Positions 43,535 through 53,500 are shown, numbered from the stretch's first letter. The stretch: DNA of 64,000 nt from Gaiellales bacterium (GCA_036273515.1 DASUHM010000044.1:384-64383), one strand, 5' to 3'. The notes: generated by a model from the sequence alone, not told the origin. Made by a program: numbers and translations.

Positions 43535-45618
43535 GCGCCAGGCTCGCATGCCGGAGCGTCGTGGGCGCGGTGGGCGGGGAGGGCGAACGTGATGCGGGTG
43601 CCTTCTCCCGGCGTCGAGACGAGGGTGAGGTTGCCTCCCGCGAGCCGGAGGCGCTCGGCGCTGTTGTCCAGGCCGAAATGGTGAGTGGCCCGGGCGCGGG
43701 CGCGAGCGGAGGCCACGTCGAAGCCTGATCCGTCGTCGGCCACCGTGCCGGCGATGAGCCCGTCGATGTCGCGGATGTCGATGCACACGCGCCGGGCGTT
43801 CGCGTGGCGCTGGATGTTGATCAGCGCTTCGTGGATCGTGCGGAACACGAGCGACTCGATCACATCCGAGTAGCGCGCGAGGTCGAGATCGAGCACCAGC
43901 TCGAAGCCGGCGTGGCCGGCCGCGTGGCGGGCGAGGTCGGACACGGCGGCGGTCAGGCCTTCGGCCTCGAGCAGCTGGGGCCGGAGGTTGAAGGTGAGCT
44001 TGCGGGTGCGCTCGATCGCCTCGGCGAGGGTGTCACGGGCACGGGCCACCCGTTCGTGCGCCTGGCCCCCCGGGGTGAGCGCGTGCCGGGCGCCGTCGAG
44101 GCGCAGGAGCGCCGCGGTCATCGCCTGGATCGTGTCGTCGTGCAGGTCGGCCGCGATCCGGACGCGTTCCTCCTCCTGTGCCTCCAGCAGGCGGGCGAGC
44201 GCCTGGTCTCGCCGGTCTTCGCTGAGGCGGAGCGCCTGCTCGGTGCGGTGTTGCGCGGTGATGTCCTCGCTGATCAGGGTGGCGGCGACGACGACGCCGC
44301 TCTCGCTGCGCAGCGGCACCAGGTTGACGTTGATCTCGCGGCCCCTGACGGCGAGCCGGTCGCGCACGTCGATCCCGGCCAGCGACTTGCGGATCAGGGG
44401 CTGGAGGGTCGCCACCGTCGCAGCGTCGAACGCCTCCGCCAGGGTGACGCCCTCGACCGCCGCCGGGTCGATGCCGATCAGCTTCAGCCCCTCGCCGCGA
44501 ACGAGCAAGAGCCGCAGGTCGCGGTCGAACATGGCGATGGCGCCGTTCGGGAAGTTCTCGGCGATCACCTGGGCAAGACCGGCGTGGGCCCGTTCCAGGT
44601 CCTGCGTCCGCTCGGTGACGCGCTGCTCGAGATCGCCGTTCGCGCGGCGGAGCGCCGCCTGCGCGTCGTCGCGCTCGGCCAGGACCGCGGCCACCGTCAA
44701 CCCGACGAGCGCTGCCACCGCCAGGAACAGCTCCAGCATCGCCAGCCGATGGTCGACCGAGCCGGTCGCGAAGGGGCCGCGATCGTCGACCGTCCGGCTC
44801 ACGACCACGGCGCACACCACGGCCACCGCCCACGCCGACGCGGCCGCACCGAACCGAAGCGCCGCCCAGATCAGGAACGGGAACACCGCGTAGAGCTCGT
44901 GCGGCGACCCGGTGTCGAAGACCGCATCGGTGAGGGTGGTGTTGGCGACCAGGACGAGTCCCGCTCCGAGCGCCGCCGCCTCGAGGACGCGTCCGGCCGA
45001 CGGGCGAGCCGGCATGTGCGTCGGCCAGGTGAGGAGAAGCGGCGCGAACAGCAGGATGCCCATCGCGTCGCCGACCCACCACACCGACCAGACAGACCAG
45101 TACGCCGACCAGGTCACGAGCCCATGGGCCGCCAGGTTGGCGACGCCGTTCGTCGCGCTCACGAGCGGCGTCACCCCGGCGACGGCCACGAAAAGGCAGA
45201 CGTCTCGCATGCGGCGAAACCCCGGAGCGAACCCGAAGCGGCCCAGAAGGACGGCGCCCAGGATCCCGGCACACGTGTTGCCCACCGCGATCCCGAACGC
45301 CGTCGAAAGCCCTTCGTAGGTCATCGCGTTGGCCACGAGGGCGGCGGCGAACACGCCCGGCCACACCCGGATTCCCCACACCAGGAACGCGACGAGCGCG
45401 ATCCCCGTCGGCGGCCACACCGCCGTCACCTGCTTGGTCGTGAACGCAAGCGACAACCCGAACCGGGCCGCCGCGAAGTACGCGACGCCGACCACGCCGA
45501 TCCGCAGCGCGAGCCGCTGATCGAGCAGCACCGCCGGGCGATCCCACACTGCCCCGCGCGGGCCGCGAACGAGCGGAGTCGCCAACCTCACGAAACGACC
45601 TCCTAGCCCAAGCACCAA
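43498..45618 (-). CDS. MASE1-PAS-HisKA_3-HATPase sensor histidine kinase (no adjacent response regulator)
   Basis: MASE1-like membrane domain ('VAYFAAARFGLSLAFTTKQVTAVWPPTGIAL'), a PAS region, H-box 'RIAADLHDDTIQ', N-box 'HEALINIQRHANA' and G-box 'DDGSGF...GEGTRITFALP'. Confidence 0.85.
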   Translation of the reverse strand: MVLGLGGRFVRLATPLVRGPRGAVWDRPAVLLDQRLALRIGVVGVAYFAAARFGLSLAFTTKQVTAVWPPTGIALVAFLVWGIRVWPGVFAAALVANAMTYEGLSTAFGIAVGNTCAGILGAVLLGRFGFAPGFRRMRDVCLFVAVAGVTPLVSATNGVANLAAHGLVTWSAYWSVWSVWWVGDAMGILLFAPLLLTWPTHMPARPSAGRVLEAAALGAGLVLVANTTLTDAVFDTGSPHELYAVFPFLIWAALRFGAAASAWAVAVVCAVVVSRTVDDRGPFATGSVDHRLAMLELFLAVAALVGLTVAAVLAERDDAQAALRRANGDLEQRVTERTQDLERAHAGLAQVIAENFPNGAIAMFDRDLRLLLVRGEGLKLIGIDPAAVEGVTLAEAFDAATVATLQPLIRKSLAGIDVRDRLAVRGREINVNLVPLRSESGVVVAATLISEDITAQHRTEQALRLSEDRRDQALARLLEAQEEERVRIAADLHDDTIQAMTAALLRLDGARHALTPGGQAHERVARARDTLAEAIERTRKLTFNLRPQLLEAEGLTAAVSDLARHAAGHAGFELVLDLDLARYSDVIESLVFRTIHEALINIQRHANARRVCIDIRDIDGLIAGTVADDGSGFDVASARARARATHHFGLDNSAERLRLAGGNLTLVSTPGEGTRITFALPAHRAHDAPACEPGAQEPAIRRVTRA

Positions 45619-45648
45619 CCCGGCACCGTAACCCGCCCGTCCCGACGG

Positions 45649-45695
45649 GGCCTACCCAAATCCGGCATGTCGCCCTCCCCGGATTGAGGTAGGCC
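45649..45695 (-). terminator. imperfect 17-bp hairpin downstream of the protease operon
   Basis: GGCCTACCCAAATCCGG (45649-45665) pairs with CCGGATTGAGGTAGGCC (45679-45695), with 2 central mismatches and a 13-nt loop. Confidence 0.4.
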
Positions 45696-45710
45696 CGTCG
45701 TTTCGTCTGT

Positions 45711-46814
45711 CTAGCGCGGCGGCCCGCTCCCGAGCGCCACGTTCGCCGTCTGGGTCGTGCCGTACTGATCGACGTAGGTGGCGGAGACCGGCGCGCCCGG
45801 CTTCTGGGTGGCGACGATCTCGGTCAGCTGGTCGGGCGACGAGACGGACTGATCGCCGACCGCGGTGATCAGGTCGCCGGGCGTGAGGCCCGCGGAGTCC
45901 GCGGGACTGCCGGGCACGACCGAGGTGACCACCGCGCCGGAGCCGCCGTAGCTGTCCGCCTCGACCGCGACGCCGAGGAAGGCGGTGCCGCCAATGTGGA
46001 CGGCGGTCGATGCCTGGCCGTGCGTGATCTGCGAGGCGATCGACAACGCCTTGTCGATCGGGATGGCATATCCGGCGGTGGCGACGTCCTGCGGAGAGCC
46101 GTTCGCGACGGACGCCGCGGTGTCCATGCCGACCACCTCGCCGGATGTGTTCATCAGCGGCCCGCCGGAGTCGCCGGGCTGGATCGGCGCGTTGGTCTCG
46201 ATCATCCCGGACAGGCTCTCGCTCCCGCCCTGGTCGTCGCTCACGGTGATGCCACGGCCGATCCCCGTGACCGTGCCGGTGGCGGCGCGGAGCGAGCCGG
46301 TGCCGCCCGCGTTCCCGAGCGCCTTGATGGCGTCGCCGGTGCTGAGCGACGAGGAGTCGCCGAGCGGGATCGTCTTCAGGTTCGCCGCGCGGGCGGCCTG
46401 GAGGACGGCGACGTCATCGGTGGTGTCGTAGCCCACGACCTGGGCCTTGTACCTGCGGCCGGTGGTCGGGTCGACGACCCGGATGTCGGTCGCGCCGCGG
46501 ATGACATGGTTATTGGTCAGCACCGTGCCGGACGACGTCAGCACCATGCCGGTGCCGGCCGCCTGGGCGTCCTGGTAGCCGAGGTTGGTCTCGATGACGA
46601 CGACGCCGCTTCCGACGCGCGCAGGCCCGCCACCCGAGGTGAGGGCAAAGCCCACGGCGCTCGCCGCGGCGGTGACGACCACGGCCGCCAGCACGACGCG
46701 GCCACGGAGGCCCCGGCGCGGCTGGGGTTCGGCCTGTGGCGCCGTGGGATCCGCATCGACGGCGCCGCCGCCGAGGGGTTCGAGGGCGTTTCCCGCGTTC
46801 TCGTGTTCGGTCAT
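45711..46814 (-). CDS. membrane-anchored HtrA/DegP-like S1C serine protease with a PDZ domain
   Basis: TM anchor 'VVLAAVVVTAAASAVGFAL'. Catalytic triad contexts 'TNNHV', 'DVAVLQ', 'GDSGGPL'. C-terminal PDZ 'GAVVTSVVPGSPADSAGLTPGDLITAVG'. Confidence 0.9.
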   Translation of the reverse strand: MTEHENAGNALEPLGGGAVDADPTAPQAEPQPRRGLRGRVVLAAVVVTAAASAVGFALTSGGGPARVGSGVVVIETNLGYQDAQAAGTGMVLTSSGTVLTNNHVIRGATDIRVVDPTTGRRYKAQVVGYDTTDDVAVLQAARAANLKTIPLGDSSSLSTGDAIKALGNAGGTGSLRAATGTVTGIGRGITVSDDQGGSESLSGMIETNAPIQPGDSGGPLMNTSGEVVGMDTAASVANGSPQDVATAGYAIPIDKALSIASQITHGQASTAVHIGGTAFLGVAVEADSYGGSGAVVTSVVPGSPADSAGLTPGDLITAVGDQSVSSPDQLTEIVATQKPGAPVSATYVDQYGTTQTANVALGSGPPR

Positions 46815-46816
46815 GG

Positions 46817-47056
46817 CTAGGCCGCCGACGCCTGGTCGGTCACGTCACGCAGGACGACGATGCGATGGCCCGGATACGACTGCTCGCACACCTCGATCGC
46901 CCGCTCCGGCGACTCCTCGAGGACGTAGTGGATGACCGGCGGATCGCCGCGGAAACGGGTGCGCGGGGCGAGCAGGAAGAGGTAGCTCCGAAGCGGAGCC
47001 ACGCGTTTGTGCCTGCGCCGAACCGCGGCGAGGGGGCACTCGGCGATGGTGCTCAT
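46817..47056 (-). CDS. small hypothetical protein (79 aa) translationally coupled to the HtrA-like protease
   Basis: AAGGAG lies upstream of ATG 47056 ('MSTIAECPLAAV...'). Its TAG stop is 2 nt from the protease ATG (TAGCCATG). No family recognised. Confidence 0.55.
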   Translation of the reverse strand: MSTIAECPLAAVRRRHKRVAPLRSYLFLLAPRTRFRGDPPVIHYVLEESPERAIEVCEQSYPGHRIVVLRDVTDQASAA

Positions 47057-47235
47057 GGGGGATGGATCTCCTTCTTGTCGGGCCGCCCGCCAACGGCGGC
47101 GGGCGTTCATATGCGCGACAAGTTAAGAGGGGAACCTGAGATTCGAGTACACGGCGGATAAGCCGTGGCTAAGACTCTCGCGCGCCAGACGGTTGATGCC
47201 ACGCCCCCGCGCGCCTGGACGTCAGGTTGCGGACC

Positions 47236-47259
47236 GGTGCAAGCCCGTGGGCTTGCACC
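47236..47259 (-). terminator. perfect 10-bp hairpin downstream of the PQQ-propeller gene
   Basis: GGTGCAAGCC-CGTG-GGCTTGCACC, about 30 nt past the stop at 47291. Confidence 0.5.
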
Positions 47260-47290
47260 TTGGACATCACGGCGGCGTGGAGTCGATCAT

Positions 47291-48775
47291 CTACACGCCG
47301 AACGCGTACAGGCCGCCCGATTCCGTGGCGACGTAGAGCCCGGTTCCGGCGAACACGGGCTGGCCGAACACCTTGGCGTTGTTGACCGGGAGCGTCGCGA
47401 GGATGCCGCCCGTCGTCGCCTTCAGGAGGTATGCGCCGGTCTTGCTCGTGCTGGGCACGCAGCCGGTGTACGTGCCGACCGCGAGGACTCCGGCGGCGTC
47501 GAGCGAGGGCGTGCCCAGCACGGCGCAGGGCAGTCCCCGCTGCCAGATGTATGCGCCGGTGGCCGGGTTCACCTGCCGGACGGAGCCGCCGAAGCGGGTG
47601 CCGGCGATGGTGGTGGCGTTCGCGCCCGCATAGAGGGCACCGGTCTGGCCGTTCCAGACGCTCGAGGCGATGCACATGCTGAGCGCGCCGGCGACCGCGC
47701 CCAGCTGATCCGTCCAGATCGGCGCGCTCAGCGGGTTCGCGGCGAGCGCGTAGTAGTCGCCGTTCTTGTTGCACGCCCCGACGTCGGCCGGCGGCGTCCC
47801 GGCGCCGAACAGCGTCGGCGAGGAGCCGAAGTCCGAGTCCTGGCCGCCGCCGACCGTGCCCGCGGCCTGCCAGGCCTGGAGTCTGGCGAGGCTCCCGGAG
47901 AGATGGACGATCGAGTTGGAGTCGCCGATCCGGTTTCCCGTGGGACAGGTGTCGATCGTCGGGTCGCACTCGTTCCCGGTGGAGACCCACACGTTCTGGC
48001 CGTTCGACGTCGCGGCGACGCTCGACCACACGCTCCCGCCGATCGACCCGTTGGGAACGCTGTGCCAGGTGTGCAGCACCGCGCCGGTGTGCTGGTCGAG
48101 CTCGACGACGCCGCCCTGGACGAGCGGGTTGTCGCAGCGCGAGGCAAGGCCCATGTAGATGTGGCCGGCGACCACGGTCGGCGACGACCAGTTGTAGGAG
48201 CCGTCCACCATCGGCGGGTCGGCCGGGCCGATCATCGTCTTCCAGATCACGGCCCCGGTCGACGCATTCAGGGCGTAGAGGTCGCGCGCGCCCGCGGCGT
48301 ACACCGTCAGGGTGCCCGTGGCCGGATCGGGCACGACCGCCGCGGTCGCAGAGATCCCGTCCGCCCCGCAGGTCGAGGCGGCCTGGACGTCGAGCTGGCG
48401 CTTCCAGGCGACTGCACCCGTCGCGGCGCTCAGGGCGTAGAAGAGGCCCGCCTCCGAGCCGATGTAGAGGCGCGCCCCGACGACCGTCGGGCTGGCCTCG
48501 AGCTTTGGCGCAGGCTTCCCGTTCACGGCCGCGGGCGTGAAATGCCAGAGCTGGTGCAGGGACGCCGCGTTCGCGGTCGTGATCGCGGTGGCGGTGCTGA
48601 CCGAGGCGTGCTGCGGCCCGTGCAGGTACTGCGGCCAGTCCGTCGATGCCGCGAGCGCCGGCGCCGGGAGAGCGGCGGCGATGACGAGTCCGAGAATCCA
48701 GATCGAGTGGCGCAGCTCGAGAAACCTCCGGTCCCAGCCTGCCCGCCCCAGGCGCGGCCAGGCTACCAGATCCAC
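47291..48775 (-). CDS. secreted PQQ-like (BamB-type) beta-propeller repeat protein
   Basis: Signal peptide 'ILGLVIAAALPAPALAAS' and repeated propeller blades ('LYIGSEAGLFYALSAATG', 'VYAAGARDLYALNASTG', 'LYVATESGGLYAFG'). Confidence 0.7.
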   Translation of the reverse strand: MDLVAWPRLGRAGWDRRFLELRHSIWILGLVIAAALPAPALAASTDWPQYLHGPQHASVSTATAITTANAASLHQLWHFTPAAVNGKPAPKLEASPTVVGARLYIGSEAGLFYALSAATGAVAWKRQLDVQAASTCGADGISATAAVVPDPATGTLTVYAAGARDLYALNASTGAVIWKTMIGPADPPMVDGSYNWSSPTVVAGHIYMGLASRCDNPLVQGGVVELDQHTGAVLHTWHSVPNGSIGGSVWSSVAATSNGQNVWVSTGNECDPTIDTCPTGNRIGDSNSIVHLSGSLARLQAWQAAGTVGGGQDSDFGSSPTLFGAGTPPADVGACNKNGDYYALAANPLSAPIWTDQLGAVAGALSMCIASSVWNGQTGALYAGANATTIAGTRFGGSVRQVNPATGAYIWQRGLPCAVLGTPSLDAAGVLAVGTYTGCVPSTSKTGAYLLKATTGGILATLPVNNAKVFGQPVFAGTGLYVATESGGLYAFGV

Positions 48776-48808
48776 GAGACGATTGCTACGAGCCCGCCCG
48801 CGAGCTGC

Positions 48809-49963
48809 CTATTCGCGGAAGTGGTAGACGTGGACGTCCCACTGGGCGAAGGTGTCGGTGAACGTCCCCCGCCGGACCGTGACCGGCCGGTTGCTGCGGT
48901 AGTGCCTGCCCTTCGTGATCGCGGCGGGGAGCCCGCGGACGGTGACCGCGCGAGTGCCCCTGCCGCTGCGGGCCGCCATCACCCAGATGTCCGTCTCGCC
49001 CACGCTGCGGCTGGAGATCTCGGTGGTGGGATCGTCGGTGCGCAGCGCCGGGCCGGTATCGGGCACGAGCAACGCCGGATGGAGCCGCCCGTGCGGCCCG
49101 ATCTCGGCCAGAAGCCGTTTCAGCACGCCGTTCCAGAACGTCCAGTTCCAGCCCAGGGCCGCGTCGGCGGGGAGAAAGCAGTGGGCAGTGGCCCCGCCGA
49201 AGAAGATCAGCCCGCGCGCCCCGTTGATGATCGCGTCGTAGGCCATGTAGCGCGCCTGGCGATGGGTCGGCAGGACAAACGCGCCGCTGCCGGCAGGGTC
49301 GTCGCTGCCGCTGAAGCAGATCTGGAGGGTCGTGAACACCGCCCGGCCGGGAGTGATGCTGCGGATCGTCCGCGTCCATTTCCCGACCTGGCTCAGGTCG
49401 GGGTCGGCGACGGCGAACGACACCGGATAGACGTCCACGCCGTGCCCGCTGCACACCGCGCTGAACGGCGCCAGCTCGGCCGCGGTGCCGCGCGGCGCCT
49501 CGATGATGGCGAACAGGTGGTCGGGGTCGATCGCCTCGGTCGCGTCGAACGCGTGCTGGAGCAACGGGGCGGTCCATCCTCGGAGGAGCGGCTCCTCCTG
49601 GCCCTTCCAGATCCCGAAGCCGGGGCTGTCCTTGAGCGTCGTCACGACCTGCTGCAGCTGGGCGTCTTCGGGCGAGTCCGGCTGGGCGTGGGCGAGCTCT
49701 CCGAGCGCGATCCAGGTGTGCACGCCCCGCGCCGCGGCCGCGGCGTTCCAGCTCTCGGCGTCGGTCAGCGCGTCGTCGTTCCACTGGCCGCGGGGCGGCC
49801 CGACCCGCAGGAACGAGATCCCCGCGCCCACCACCTCGTCCAGCGCATCGCCGCCCGCGGGCGTCTGCGAACCCGGCGGCGGCGGTGGCGAAAGGCCGAT
49901 GGGAAAGCTCGCGACCCCGTCCACCAGCACCGTTCCGTGCGGATCATGGGTGGTCGTCGACAC
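48809..49963 (-). CDS. hypothetical protein, possibly a TIM-barrel glycoside-hydrolase-like protein
   Basis: 384-aa ORF with good codon bias. The alternating beta/alpha pattern and 'GHGVDVYPVSF' are only weakly suggestive. The function is not supported by any firm motif. Confidence 0.5.
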   Translation of the reverse strand: MSTTTHDPHGTVLVDGVASFPIGLSPPPPPGSQTPAGGDALDEVVGAGISFLRVGPPRGQWNDDALTDAESWNAAAAARGVHTWIALGELAHAQPDSPEDAQLQQVVTTLKDSPGFGIWKGQEEPLLRGWTAPLLQHAFDATEAIDPDHLFAIIEAPRGTAAELAPFSAVCSGHGVDVYPVSFAVADPDLSQVGKWTRTIRSITPGRAVFTTLQICFSGSDDPAGSGAFVLPTHRQARYMAYDAIINGARGLIFFGGATAHCFLPADAALGWNWTFWNGVLKRLLAEIGPHGRLHPALLVPDTGPALRTDDPTTEISSRSVGETDIWVMAARSGRGTRAVTVRGLPAAITKGRHYRSNRPVTVRRGTFTDTFAQWDVHVYHFRE

Positions 49964-50031
49964 GGTGAACCGCTCCCTGCCGCGATCCTTTCACAGATCC
50001 GGCCGCGCCGAAACGCGCCGGTTCGCCGGGT

Positions 50032-51348
50032 CTACGCCGCGAGGCGCGAGTCTGCGGACAGCACGTCGTCGTCGACCGCCCGCCGGATCGCCTCGACGAC
50101 GGCCGGGTCGAACTGCGTCCCCGAGCACCGCTCGAGCTCGGCAAGCGCCTCGGCCAGGCTCCGCGCCTTGCGGTACGGCCGGTCGGTCGTCATCGCCGAG
50201 AGCGCGTCGCATGCGGAGACGATCCGGGCCGGCATGGGGATGGCCGCCCCGGCGAGCCGGTCGGGGTAGCCGCTGCCGTCCCATGACTCGTGGCACGAGC
50301 GGATGACCCGGCCCACCTCGGCGAGCATCCCCCCGACCCCGGAGAGCATCTCCTCGCCCCAGATCGTGTGCTGCTCGATCACGCGCCGCTCCTCCGGCGA
50401 GAGTGCGGCCGGCTTGTCGAGGATCGCCTTCGGCACCCGGATCTTGCCGACATCGTGGAGCAGCGCCGCGAACTCGACCACGCTGTGCTCGGCCGGGCCG
50501 AGGTGCAGCGATTCGGCGACGGCCACCGAGAGGCGGACGACGTCCCGCGAATGCGCGCCCGTGTACTGGTGGTCGGCCTCGACCACGTCTCCCAGGAGCA
50601 GCGCCGTGCCCCGGTAGGCGGCGTTCAGGGCGAGCACCTGGTCGAAGCGCGCGTGCCGCTCGCGGGAGAACACCCGGAACATCAGCAGAAGCGGGAGGAG
50701 CGATGCGACCGCCGCCAGCGGCGCGGTCACGGCCAGGCAGACGGAGACAGGCGTGATCAGCGCGTCGATCATCCAGCACGGGGCCATGGCGACGATCAGC
50801 TCGCGCACCGGCGCACCCAGCAGCAGACGCTCCTGGAGCACGCTCGTAAGAAGATCGACGCTGCACTGCATCGCAAAGGCGGCGGCGTACCAGCCCGCGG
50901 CGGAGAGCGTTCGATGATCGAGGTCGGCCGCCGTCATCACGGCCGCGGCGCCGACCGCATACCAGCAACCGCCCGCCTGGATGATCACCATCTCCCACCA
51001 GCGCTTCCCGCTCGCCAGGCGCCTCGGGCCGCCCACGACGTAGCCGAGCAGCGCTGCGGGGACGAGCAAGGGCGGTGGCAGCAGCACCATCATCGGGGCG
51101 AACGCGAGCTGCGTCGGCGCCGCCGAGCCGGCACTCACCTCGAAGCCGACGCGGGTGCAGGCGGCGTAGCCGGCGATCAGCAGCGCCGCGGTGAGCCAGG
51201 GGACGTGCACGGGCGGGGCTGCGAGCCAGATCGCGGTCGCGGCGATCGCGACGCCGGCGGCGCTCGTGATCGCGACCCTGCGCTCGGTCGGGCGCAGGCG
51301 GCGGAGGCCGCGCTGGCGGCCGGCGTCGACAAGGGCGGCGCTACTCAT
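50032..51348 (-). CDS. membrane-bound HD-GYP domain protein (putative cyclic-di-nucleotide phosphodiesterase)
   Basis: Multi-TM N-terminus, then 'HSRDV...LLHDVGKIRVP' (HD) and 'HESWDGSGYPDRL' (GYP). Confidence 0.85.
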   Translation of the reverse strand: MSSAALVDAGRQRGLRRLRPTERRVAITSAAGVAIAATAIWLAAPPVHVPWLTAALLIAGYAACTRVGFEVSAGSAAPTQLAFAPMMVLLPPPLLVPAALLGYVVGGPRRLASGKRWWEMVIIQAGGCWYAVGAAAVMTAADLDHRTLSAAGWYAAAFAMQCSVDLLTSVLQERLLLGAPVRELIVAMAPCWMIDALITPVSVCLAVTAPLAAVASLLPLLLMFRVFSRERHARFDQVLALNAAYRGTALLLGDVVEADHQYTGAHSRDVVRLSVAVAESLHLGPAEHSVVEFAALLHDVGKIRVPKAILDKPAALSPEERRVIEQHTIWGEEMLSGVGGMLAEVGRVIRSCHESWDGSGYPDRLAGAAIPMPARIVSACDALSAMTTDRPYRKARSLAEALAELERCSGTQFDPAVVEAIRRAVDDDVLSADSRLAA

Positions 51349-51511
51349 GGCAGGCGTCGCCGGGTTGCGGGAGTCTCCACCGCCCGGTTATCGGCCGTGA
51401 ATAGGGCCCGCTTGACGGATCACCCCGACGGGCGATGCGAGGCGGCCACGTCGCACCCACGATGACATCGCCCCGTCCAGTTGTGCTCCCCCGCTCCCTG
51501 AGGTTCCCGTC

Positions 51512-52108
51512 ATGCTCTCAGCCCGTGTGATCGGCAGCGCCGCTCTCGCCGCCGTCGTCGCGTGCGTCGCCGCTGCCGGCAGTCCCGCCAAGGCCTCCGC
51601 AGCCACGTGCAACTACACGCAGCTCAGCCAGGTCTTCTCGCCCTGGGGCGACACCAACCTGTACACGCCGTTCATGAACGGCAACTTCGAGACCGGTTCC
51701 GGCGGCTGGTGGTCGTCCACCGGCGCCCGGGTGGTCAGCGGGGACTCCAACCCGCTGCTCGGCGCCCACGGCACCTACTCGCTGCAGATCCCGGGCGGCG
51801 GATCGGCCCAGAGCCCCTGGATGTGCGTGAACGCCACGACGCCGTCGATGCGGTTCTTCGTCCGCCGCGTGTCGGGCACCGGCAGCCTCACGGTGAGCAG
51901 CACGATCATCTCCGGCGGCCGCAGCCTCTCGGCGCTGAAGACGATGTCGGTGTCCGGGAGCTCGTGGCAGCCGAGTGCGGTGGTGACCTTTCCGCCGTAC
52001 CTGACCGCGTCGCTGACCGGCATCAACGTCCAATTCCAGTTCTCGGCGCCCGCCGGCACCGTCTTCCACATCGACAACGTCGAGCTCGACCCCTACCTGC
52101 GCCGCTAG
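51512..52108 (+). CDS. secreted protein with a CBM4/9-like jelly-roll module
   Basis: Signal peptide ending 'AKASAA'. 'MNGNFETGSGGWW' and 'HIDNVELDP' mirror the N-terminal module of the 21051..23477 protein. Confidence 0.6.
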   Translation: MLSARVIGSAALAAVVACVAAAGSPAKASAATCNYTQLSQVFSPWGDTNLYTPFMNGNFETGSGGWWSSTGARVVSGDSNPLLGAHGTYSLQIPGGGSAQSPWMCVNATTPSMRFFVRRVSGTGSLTVSSTIISGGRSLSALKTMSVSGSSWQPSAVVTFPPYLTASLTGINVQFQFSAPAGTVFHIDNVELDPYLRR

Positions 52109-52135
52109 GCAGCAGGCAGGGGCCGGCCCGGCGCT

Positions 52136-53500
52136 CTACGGGGCGATGTTGTGGTTCCCGCGGAAGACGTTCTGCGGGTCGTACTGGCGCTTGACCGAGA
52201 CGAGCCGGTCGAAGTTCGGGCCGTAGGCGGCCCGCACCGAGGCGTCCTCGTCGTCGTTCAGGTAGTTCAGCCACCTACGCGCGGCCAGGTGCTCCGAGAC
52301 GGCCGCGTAGGTGTCCTTCGTCCAGGCGATGTTCCTCTCGGTGTCCGCCGGGTCCATCCACTCGCTCGGGAAGAGCAGGTTCCAGCCCGCCTCGCGGTGC
52401 GGCACCGCCGTCGCGGTCGGGTCGATGCGCGTGACGGCGCCGTGGAAGTGCTCGAAGAGGATCGCCGTCATCGGTGAGGGCACCGATGTGAACCGCTCGA
52501 CGACCGTGTCGATCAGCGCGTCGTCCATCCCGGTCGTGAAGCTCGACATCCAGTAGTTGAGCGCGCCCCTGGGGTACGCGTCGTCGAGCAGGGTGTTCAT
52601 GATCGGATAGGGCATCGGGCCGACCTGGGTCACGATCGGCGAGCCGAAGCCGAGGAACGGCGCCAGGTCGGCGTCGGCCCGCTCCGGGTTCGTGTGGCAC
52701 ACGATCATCCCGGCGATCGGCATCTCCGAGCCGTCCGGGGCATGGGCCAGCGCCGCGAACACCGTGAGCTCGTCGGGGCAGGCGGCCGCGGCGTCGCGGT
52801 AGAAGCGGAGCATGTCGGCGCCCGCCTCGATGGGATGGGCGATCAGGCCGCCGACCACCATGGGCTGGGGCCGCAGGCGGTACTCGAGCGAGGCCACCAC
52901 GCCGAAGTTGCCGCCGCCCCCGCGCAGGGCCCACATGAGGTCCGGGTGCGAGTCGTCGGTGACGTCGAGCACCTCGCCCTCGGCGGTCACGAGCTGGACG
53001 CCGACGAGGTTGTCGGCCGCGAGACCCTGGGTCGACATGAGCCATCCCAGCCCACCGCCGAGCGTGTAGCCGGCGATGCCGGTGCTCGAGATCGCCCCGC
53101 CGGTGACGGCGAGACCGTGCACGGCCGCCTCCCGGTTGAGCTCGGCCCACGTCACGCCGCCCTGCGCGCGCGCCGTCGACGCCGCGGCGTCGACGTGGAT
53201 GCCCTTCATCCGGGACAGGTCGATCATGAGGCCGTTCTCGGGAACGGCCCGCCCGGCGACGTTGTGGCCGCCGCCGCGGACGGCGAGGGCCAGGCCGGTC
53301 TGGCGCGCGAAGCGCACGGCGGCGGCGATGTCGGACGTGCCGCTGCACTGGGCGACGAGCGCCGGACGGCGATCGATCAGCCCGTTGTGGATCCTCCGGG
53401 CGGCCTCGTAGCCGTCGTCAGAGGGGAGAAGCAGGGTGCCACCGAAGCCGGCCGCAAGCGATTCCAGCTGGCCCGCATCGAGCGAAGCAGAGAGCGTCAT
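52136..53500 (-). CDS. FAD-linked oxidase (PCMH-type FAD-binding domain + BBE domain)
   Basis: 'ALAVRGGGHNVAGRAV' FAD_binding_4 motif and the C-terminal BBE-like 'YLNYLNDDE...KRQYDPQNVFRGNHNI'. Confidence 0.85.
   Translation of the reverse strand: MTLSASLDAGQLESLAAGFGGTLLLPSDDGYEAARRIHNGLIDRRPALVAQCSGTSDIAAAVRFARQTGLALAVRGGGHNVAGRAVPENGLMIDLSRMKGIHVDAAASTARAQGGVTWAELNREAAVHGLAVTGGAISSTGIAGYTLGGGLGWLMSTQGLAADNLVGVQLVTAEGEVLDVTDDSHPDLMWALRGGGGNFGVVASLEYRLRPQPMVVGGLIAHPIEAGADMLRFYRDAAAACPDELTVFAALAHAPDGSEMPIAGMIVCHTNPERADADLAPFLGFGSPIVTQVGPMPYPIMNTLLDDAYPRGALNYWMSSFTTGMDDALIDTVVERFTSVPSPMTAILFEHFHGAVTRIDPTATAVPHREAGWNLLFPSEWMDPADTERNIAWTKDTYAAVSEHLAARRWLNYLNDDEDASVRAAYGPNFDRLVSVKRQYDPQNVFRGNHNIAP

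Noticed and set aside
47111-47235. Structured small RNA or ECF-sigma promoter in the long leader upstream of the small-protein/HtrA operon
   Set aside because: There are short hairpins (ACGGC-GGATAA-GCCGT) and a GGAAC string. No properly spaced -35/-10 pair of the SigE/SigH type lies on the correct strand, and I recognise no RNA family.
47165-50269. Longest ORF in the window (1034 aa, + strand)
   Set aside because: It lies antisense to two well-supported minus-strand genes (the PQQ-propeller gene and a hypothetical protein). Its translation is Arg/Gly/Asp/Pro-rich low-complexity sequence with no motifs, which is a typical high-GC shadow ORF.
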